Part shown: positions 58,890 through 64,000 of the stretch, one piece after another
Numbering within the stretch: position 1 is the stretch's first letter
Layout of the letters: every line of letters begins with the position of its first letter
From: Candidatus Dormibacteria bacterium
GTDB lineage: Bacteria > Chloroflexota > Dormibacteria > DASZGP01
Reading direction: 5' to 3'
Length of the DNA: 64,000 nt
NCBI GenBank assembly: GCA_046262455.1
Contig: JBHEMS010000014.1
Coordinates: forward strand, 4,730 to 68,729
Translations under genes and position numbers: made by a program
Notes under the pieces: model-generated
What the model saw: only the letters and a program-made list of their open reading frames with translations
What the model was told of the DNA's origin: nothing
The model's database searches: none

Positions 58890-60265
58890 TGGTGCGAGCA
58901 CTTGCATCCGCCGCGAAGCTTGCCCAGGACCACCTCGACGGCCTCGGGCTCCGCCCGGTGGTGGTGGCCCACGACATCTGGCTGGCGGCCGGTCTCCAGC
59001 GCGCCCTGCCCTCGACCGCCCTCGCCTGCATCTCAGCCTGCGATGCCGTGCGCGTCCTGCGGGCGCGGGGCACGGACGTCTTCTGCCTGTCGGAACAAAT
59101 CGGCCCGGAGGTGACTGCCGGGATGTCGTCGCTCGACCTCCTGCAGCACCCGGAGACGGCGGCATTCTTCCGCCGGCTGGGGCCAACCGCGGTGCTGTCG
59201 TTCAAACCGTCGGAGCGCATCGGCACCGCGATCACCGCGCTGGGTGGCCGGCTGCTATCCGCGCCGAGCAGCGCCGCCCGCGCCTACGAGAACAAGCTCG
59301 CTTTCATCGGCGCCGCCGAGCGGGCCGGTGTCCCCCGGCCACGGTGGGAGGCTCGCACACTGCCTCTGGATTTCGCGTCGCTGGCCGCCGACCTTGGCAG
59401 CCCACTGGTGATCCAGGGCCCGCGGGGAAACGCCGGCCAACGTACATGGCTGGTGCATGACCAGGAGCAGCTCGAGGCCATCTCAGGGCGCGAGCGTACC
59501 GGCAACGTGCGCGTGGCCGAGTACGTCGAGGGAATGCCCTTCACAGCCTCCGGCGTGTCGTTCTCGTCGCCCGGGACAGGTCTGGATGGACGCCGCCTGG
59601 CCGCGGTCGTCGAGCCGTGCCGGCAGGTGACGGGGGTGGATTGGCTCACGCCGGAGCGCCTGGGTTCGTGCGGCAACGCGTGGGGCGAACCATCCCTGGA
59701 AGCCCACAGGCCGGAAATCACGCGCTGCGTCAGGGCGCTGGGCGCCGACCTTGCGGCAAACAACTACCACGGGGTGTTTGGTGTCGACTTCGTCCTCGCC
59801 GAGGACGGGCCGTTGGTCATCGAGGTCAACCCCAGGATGGTGGCCTCGCTGCCACTCGCGACCGAGCTGGAGGTGGAGGCGGGTCGCGCGCCGCTGGAGT
59901 TACTGCACCTGCTGGAGTTGCTGGACGCCGACCTCGACCTGCTTGATGTCGATGAGGGCGAGACGCCCATGGGAGTCGCCACACAGCTCATCGTGCACCG
60001 GCTGCCCGGTGACGCGGATGAGCGACCGCAGAGTGGCATATATCGCCTGCAGTCGGGGAGGATATCCCGCGTCGGCGACGGTGCCGGTCTGGAGGATCTG
60101 CGGCGAGATGACGACCTGCTCCTGCTCACCCGTAAGCGTGGAGAACCGGTGACCGATCGGAAGGAATTCGCGCGCGCATACGCGCGCTCGGCGCTGGGCG
60201 AAAATGCTCCAGGGTTACGTCAGCTGGTCAGCGAAATGCGCGCCGGTACCCTTTCGGCCCAGTAG
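58889..60265 (+). CDS. ATP-grasp ligase with N-terminal pre-ATP-grasp domain
   Basis: ARAYENKLAFIGAAERAGVPRP...LVIQGPRGNAGQRTWLV...VAEYVEG...GVFGVDFVLAEDGPLVIEVNPRM. The ATG overlaps the upstream stop (TGATG). Confidence 0.8.
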   Translation: MVRALASAAKLAQDHLDGLGLRPVVVAHDIWLAAGLQRALPSTALACISACDAVRVLRARGTDVFCLSEQIGPEVTAGMSSLDLLQHPETAAFFRRLGPTAVLSFKPSERIGTAITALGGRLLSAPSSAARAYENKLAFIGAAERAGVPRPRWEARTLPLDFASLAADLGSPLVIQGPRGNAGQRTWLVHDQEQLEAISGRERTGNVRVAEYVEGMPFTASGVSFSSPGTGLDGRRLAAVVEPCRQVTGVDWLTPERLGSCGNAWGEPSLEAHRPEITRCVRALGADLAANNYHGVFGVDFVLAEDGPLVIEVNPRMVASLPLATELEVEAGRAPLELLHLLELLDADLDLLDVDEGETPMGVATQLIVHRLPGDADERPQSGIYRLQSGRISRVGDGAGLEDLRRDDDLLLLTRKRGEPVTDRKEFARAYARSALGENAPGLRQLVSEMRAGTLSAQ

Positions 60266-61386
60266 CCGTCGACCTGCTTCCCCAGGTCTGGGCACACCAA
60301 ATCGGCGAGCGGACGCAGGGATTGGCGCACCGATTTGCTGTTGAGCGTCGCCAGCAGGTGCGTTTCCTCAGCCGCCGCGAGGGGCCGCGCACCTGGGATG
60401 GATGCGGCCAGGGGCACACGCAAATCGCCAAGCACCTCGGCAAGGTCGCATCTCGCCGGGACATTGTTGGCGACCAGCCAGAGCTTGTTGCGATGACCAA
60501 GGCTGCGTAGTACCGAGACCCCGCGGTAGAGGTCGTACACCCCGGCGGCCGTCGGCGTGAAGACGTAGTAAATATCGTCAACCGTCTCGAGGAGAAAGCT
60601 GTTCAAGGCATCGACGCCCGTGCCGAGGTCCATGACGACGACGTCAAAGCCTGTCTCGTCGAGGTGAGTGTTGACGCGGGCCACCATCTCCGGGAGCCCT
60701 TCGGTGGCGGCACCGGTTGGCGGTGGCAATAGCACCCGTGCCCCGCTCTCGTGGCGGAGCAGCACACGCTCCACGCTGGCATCGTCGACGTCGCGACCTG
60801 TCAGGTCTGCCGCGGTCGGTCCGTCAAGGCCGAGGCGGATGCAGGTGGTCGAGGCCCGCACGTCCAGGTCCAGCAGGGCGACCCGAAGGGAAGCTGCGCC
60901 CCAGCAACCCGATGCCAGCCCACCCGCGACCTCGGCGGCCAGCGTGGACCTGCCCGTACCACCGCGCATCGAGAAGAATGCAACGCGTCGTGCTCGCCGG
61001 CCCGGATAACGGCGCAGGGGCACGATGCGCGCGGACGGGACGACCGCAACGTCATCGCCGGTGTCATCGCCGGTTGACGCGACTGCCAGCACCACGGGGC
61101 TCGCGACTGTGACCGGGGGCGAGCTTCGCGGACGAAGTCGGTAGGCAGCGTAGAGAAAAATCCAGCGGTCGAGGGGTCGGCCCGCAACGCTGCCCCACGC
61201 CATCGCGGCGCCAACGGCCAGCAACAGCAGGCCTGGCGGGACGCGGATGAAGAGCGGCAGGCGGCTCGAAAGGATGCCCCAACCGGCCATCGAGAAAACC
61301 ACCAGGTACACAAGGTGCGGCGCGGTGAGTCCCAACGCCACGCGATCCTCCGCGTCGAGTCCCTGGGGGGCACGCCGTCCGTCCAT
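60220..61386 (-). CDS. fusion of a PrgI-like two-TM N-terminal module with a MinD/ParA-family P-loop domain carrying a Lys-to-Arg Walker A
   Basis: The N-terminus (LDAEDRVALGLTAPHLVYLVVFSMAGWGI...GRPLDRWIFLYAAYRLRPR) resembles actinobacterial PrgI-family proteins. VAFFSMRGGTGRSTLAAEVA stands where xKGGxGKT/S is expected, followed by VVVMDLGTG. Confidence 0.6.
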   Translation of the reverse strand: MDGRRAPQGLDAEDRVALGLTAPHLVYLVVFSMAGWGILSSRLPLFIRVPPGLLLLAVGAAMAWGSVAGRPLDRWIFLYAAYRLRPRSSPPVTVASPVVLAVASTGDDTGDDVAVVPSARIVPLRRYPGRRARRVAFFSMRGGTGRSTLAAEVAGGLASGCWGAASLRVALLDLDVRASTTCIRLGLDGPTAADLTGRDVDDASVERVLLRHESGARVLLPPPTGAATEGLPEMVARVNTHLDETGFDVVVMDLGTGVDALNSFLLETVDDIYYVFTPTAAGVYDLYRGVSVLRSLGHRNKLWLVANNVPARCDLAEVLGDLRVPLAASIPGARPLAAAEETHLLATLNSKSVRQSLRPLADLVCPDLGKQVDGYWAERVPARISLTS

Positions 61387-61560
61387 GTCGCAACCATGAC
61401 CTCTCAAATTCCGCGGTGACTTTTCAGGCGGGGCGATAATCGTCAGGAAATTCCGCGGACATTGCGAGGACGAATTGCGGTCACGCGTCAACCCCGCGTG
61501 ACAATATTTGGCCGAAACCGATATGCTGGCGAAAATCCGCCAATCGGAGGACGCCACCAC

Positions 61561-62172
61561 ATGGCCGAGCAAACACCCAACACGGGGGCCGCATCGCCCA
61601 CACCGAAGCGTGCGACCACCAGACGCCGCAGCAGCACGGCAAAACGCGCCGGCGCCTCCGCGACGGCGAAGCCCGCGACCACGCGTAAGCGCGCTGCAGC
61701 CAAACGCACAACGGCAAAGGCCGCCACAGCAAAACGCACAACGGCAAAGCGCACAACGGCAAAGCGCGCCGCCGCAAAACGCACCACCGCAAAGCGCACA
61801 ACGGCAAAACGCGCCACCGCCGCCGCGACGAGCACAACCAAGCGCGCCACCAAGAAGCGGTCCACCACACGCAAGGCGTCAACGGCGCGCAAGAGCACGT
61901 CCAGCGCCACCGCCAAGCGGCGTGGCCGTCCGCCGGGTTCCCGCAACCGCGCCGCGGCGAGCACCAATCCCGCTGACGCGATGAGCAAGCGCATATCGGA
62001 GTTGATCAACGAAAACAGGACGCTCAAGGCTCGTGTCAATGAGCTGGAGTCCGGTTGGAAGAAGATCGAGCATGCGCTCGGCAGCAACGTCAGCAAGGCC
62101 AAGCGCACCGTGCGTCGGGGCGCCAGGGCCGCGACCAAGAAGGTTGAGGAAGCGATCAACGCCGTAACCTGA
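61561..62172 (+). CDS. basic repeat protein: AKRTT repeats, an AT-hook (RRGRPPG) and a C-terminal coiled coil
   Basis: The ATG is preceded by GGAGG. The product has 8 AKRTT-type pentapeptide repeats, KRRGRPPGSRN and a heptad-like ISELINENRTLKARVNELESGWKKIEHAL. Confidence 0.7.
   Translation: MAEQTPNTGAASPTPKRATTRRRSSTAKRAGASATAKPATTRKRAAAKRTTAKAATAKRTTAKRTTAKRAAAKRTTAKRTTAKRATAAATSTTKRATKKRSTTRKASTARKSTSSATAKRRGRPPGSRNRAAASTNPADAMSKRISELINENRTLKARVNELESGWKKIEHALGSNVSKAKRTVRRGARAATKKVEEAINAVT
61700..61819. repeat. eight tandem 15-bp units (CAAARCGCACAACGG-like) inside the basic-protein gene
   Basis: Read directly: the units start at 61700, 61715, 61730, 61745, 61760, 61775, 61790 and 61805. 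Confidence 0.85.
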
Positions 62173-62187
62173 GCCGGCGTTTGAAAG

Positions 62188-62217
62188 AGGGTCGGCGCCA
62201 GCGCGCCGGCCCTTTTT
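62188..62217 (+). terminator. rho-independent terminator candidate
   Basis: GGGTCGGCGCcagcGCGCCGGCCC forms a stem with one mismatch, followed by TTTTT. It lies 16 nt after the stop at 62172. Confidence 0.6.
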
Positions 62218-62256
62218 CTCTTTCTAGCCCCCCGCTCCAGGCCCACCCGTGTCGTC

Positions 62257-62276
62257 ATAACGCAATGCGTTATAAT
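62257..62276 (+). promoter_or_regulatory. 17-bp perfect palindrome overlapping a consensus TATAAT box
   Basis: ATAACGCAATGCGTTAT (62257-62273) overlaps TATAAT (62271-62276). It lies about 40 nt upstream of the ATG at 62317, which has a GGAGG RBS. Confidence 0.4.
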
Positions 62277-62316
62277 CTCCCAGGGCGCGGGAGCAGAAGC
62301 AACCCGGAGGAATCAG

Positions 62317-62820
62317 ATGTTCAGCGCACCGCACGGTGACCGCAGCGCCCGACTCTCCGGCGAACTGTTCGCCGTGATTGAGCGGCAGGCGTGGGACCGG
62401 CTGCTCGAAATTTCCGCCCCGGATGTTGCCGTCGAGGTCCACGCGCATCCCACGGTGCTATCCAGCCGTAACGAGCACATCTGGCGGTCGCGAAGCCTGC
62501 GTGGCCGGGAGGAGGTTCGGGCGTACCTCGGCGAGCTCCACCACGCGGTCCCCGCCCTTGCGCTGCAGCCGCGAGGCAAGGCCTGGCGCGAGGGGCACGA
62601 GGTGGTCCGTGTGGACTGTGCCGGGGTCGATGGCGCCGGCTCTCCCTTTGACGCGGTGACCGACTTCGCCATCTGGGAGGCGGACGGGATGGTGGTCCGC
62701 GTGGAGGCGGAGATCGGCGACCTGGCGATCGGCACAGACGTCATTCGGCGCACCGATGGCGACCCCCGGCGGTACTTCGAGTCCTTCCTGGGCCGGCCGG
62801 AGGGCAGGCTTCCCGGTTAA
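62317..62820 (+). CDS. hypothetical protein, possibly NTF2/SnoaL-like fold
   Basis: It has a good RBS and GC3 bias. The family assignment rests only on size and pattern and is weak. Confidence 0.5.
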   Translation: MFSAPHGDRSARLSGELFAVIERQAWDRLLEISAPDVAVEVHAHPTVLSSRNEHIWRSRSLRGREEVRAYLGELHHAVPALALQPRGKAWREGHEVVRVDCAGVDGAGSPFDAVTDFAIWEADGMVVRVEAEIGDLAIGTDVIRRTDGDPRRYFESFLGRPEGRLPG

Positions 62821-62829
62821 ATTGAGAAG

Positions 62830-62888
62830 CCCCGCTCCGGGGGGAGCGGGGCCTCTGGTGATGATCGGTCGGGACCCCGATGATCACC
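62830..62888. terminator. two consecutive hairpins between convergent genes (bidirectional terminator candidate)
   Basis: The first is CCCCGCTCC-GGGG-GGAGCGGGG (62830-62851). The second is GGTGATGATCGG...CCGATGATCACC (62857-62888, one mismatch). Confidence 0.45.
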
Positions 62889-62917
62889 ATTGCGGAGCCG
62901 TGAGGCTCAACGCTTAG

Positions 62918-63061
62918 CTAGATACGCCTCCGTGTGCCGTAGAAGCCGAAGCCACCGGCGAACAGGGCCAGCACGATGCAGATCACGCCGAGCATCGTGA
63001 AGCCCATCACGAGGAAGATAATCCCGAGCAGGAGAAGCAGTCCGCCTCCACCGTAGAACAT
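62918..63061 (-). CDS. unannotated 47-aa hydrophobic peptide
   Basis: It is below the ORF-track cutoff. My translation is MFYGGGGLLLLLGIIFLVMGFTMLGVICIVLALFAGGFGFYGTRRRI. The ATG is preceded by AGGAGGT at a spacing of about 6 nt. Confidence 0.5.
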   Translation of the reverse strand: MFYGGGGLLLLLGIIFLVMGFTMLGVICIVLALFAGGFGFYGTRRRI

Positions 63062-63153
63062 CTTTTACCTCCTATCGTTTGGAGCCACCCGTCAGGGCAG
63101 CCAGCACATAACTTGATAGTTACTATATCACCTGTTTTGCCAAAGTCAATGCA

Positions 63154-63669
63154 ATGATCGAACCAAATTTTGCGGCGCCTGAGGCGCCCAGGCTGGTCGT
63201 CATCCGCAGCCGCCGCCGCCGCCGCACGATCAGCGCTCGCCGGCGTGGGGGGGTGATCGAGGTGACCGTTCCCGCGGGCATGTCGCTCACCGAGGAGGCC
63301 CTGTGGGTCGAGCGGATGCGGAAGCGGATCATGCGCGCCGAGACCGGGCCCAGTGACGCCGACCTCGCGCGTCGCGCGGAGGCCCTGTCGCGCCGGTACT
63401 TCGGCGGCGAGCTCAAGCCCACCTCCGTTCGGTGGTCAGAGCAGCAGCAGTCCCGCTGGGGCAGCTGCACCGTCGATACCGGGGCTATTCGCCTCAGTGC
63501 CCGGATGCAGGGCTTCCCCGCCTTTGTCGTGGACTACGTGTTGGTCCACGAGCTGGCGCACCTGCGCTACCGCAGCCACGGCGAGCGATTCTGGGCCCTG
63601 GTGAACCGGTACGCCCTGACCGAGCGGGCCCGCGGCTACCTTCTCGCCAAGGGCGGGGAGGCGGACTAG
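63154..63669 (+). CDS. YgjP/DUF45 (M48/SprT-like) metal-dependent hydrolase
   Basis: RWGSCTVDTGAIRLSARM...VDYVLVHELAHLRYRSHGERFWALV contains the HExxH motif in the typical DUF45 context. Confidence 0.85.
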   Translation: MIEPNFAAPEAPRLVVIRSRRRRRTISARRRGGVIEVTVPAGMSLTEEALWVERMRKRIMRAETGPSDADLARRAEALSRRYFGGELKPTSVRWSEQQQSRWGSCTVDTGAIRLSARMQGFPAFVVDYVLVHELAHLRYRSHGERFWALVNRYALTERARGYLLAKGGEAD

Positions 63670-63675
63670 CCCGCT

Positions 63676-64000
63676 CTAGCTCTCCAAGCCCACAGCGTCG
63701 CGGACGGCGGCGGCCGCTTTGTCCAGGCGCCCCTTCACGGTGTCGAGGTCGGCGCCGAACGCGGCGGTGGTCACCCTGGCCACGCCAAGGTTGACCAGTC
63801 GCTCCAGGGACTCGGGTGTGGGCTTGGCCCCGACGGTCACTTCGACGGTGCCCGGGTCGCGGCCCGCATCCTCGGCGGTTTGGCGCATCAGCTGGACCAG
63901 GTGCTCGACCTCGTCCAGCGTCGGCGGCGCGGGGAAGAAGCCATCACCCAGGCGGCCGGCCCGCCTGGCGGCGGCCTCACTGTGACCGCCAATGATGATG
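63676..64000 (-). CDS. LLM-class (luciferase-like) F420-dependent oxidoreductase, N-terminus outside window
   Basis: Reverse translation from the window edge gives IIIGGHSEAAARRAGRLGDGFFP...MRQTAEDAGRDPGTVEVTV, the typical C-terminal third of LLM oxidoreductases. Confidence 0.72.
   Translation of the reverse strand, partial: IIIGGHSEAAARRAGRLGDGFFPAPPTLDEVEHLVQLMRQTAEDAGRDPGTVEVTVGAKPTPESLERLVNLGVARVTTAAFGADLDTVKGRLDKAAAAVRDAVGLES

Overview
This is a high-GC bacterial chromosome segment (GC judged by eye, not computed) that spans the replication-origin neighbourhood. All family calls come from motif recognition on the supplied translations and my own reading of the DNA; no searches were run.

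**Layout**
- **1-18.6 kb:** a Wzm/Wzt ABC-transporter-dependent glycan cluster. It holds 7 glycosyltransferases, 8 methyltransferase domains in 7 genes, a Trm112-like protein and two Thr-type alkaline-phosphatase-superfamily enzymes.
- **18.6-24.3 kb, minus strand:** a glycine-cleavage operon (gcvT, an inserted methyltransferase, gcvH, gcvPA, gcvPB) headed by a sigma-70-like gene that lacks region 4.
- **24.3-33.7 kb:** NfeD, a minus-strand block (GT4, CDGSH, NTF2-like, membrane protein), SPFH, a CPBP protease and parA-parB. Next come two paralogous small membrane proteins, a free-standing LAGLIDADG-like ORF and lepB.
- **33.7-36.3 kb:** a lower-GC cargo (APH-family kinase, small membrane protein, peroxiredoxin) flanked by inverted palindromic repeat elements.
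- **36.3-43.3 kb, minus strand:** ndk, an M16 peptidase, a HIT protein, jag-yidC-yidD-rnpA-rpmH and a GT-C-like membrane protein.
- **43.4-51 kb:** a DnaA-box cluster, dnaA-dnaN-recF-DUF721 and a UvrD/PD-(D/E)XK helicase-nuclease.
- **51-64 kb:** a GT28 enzyme, then a GNAT / MshA-like GT4 / HAD / NlpC-P60 / MurD-like operon. It is followed by a LysW-like carrier protein with a ThrC-like PLP enzyme and an ATP-grasp ligase, a PrgI-like::MinD-like fusion and an AKRTT-repeat AT-hook protein. The window ends with NTF2-like, small membrane, M48/YgjP and LLM oxidoreductase genes.

**Most notable observations**
- An orphan LysW-like carrier module at 55.3-60.3 kb.
- Two inverted copies of a canonical parS split by the same 13-nt spacer, bracketing the parAB block.
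- A region-4-less sigma-like gene translationally coupled to gcvT.
- An 11-bp tandem duplication that truncates the APH kinase.
- Three long inverted-repeat elements in conserved intergenic spacers.
- Two CTGA stop/start junctions that imply CTG initiation.

No rRNA, tRNA, CRISPR array, transposase or integrase was recognised.
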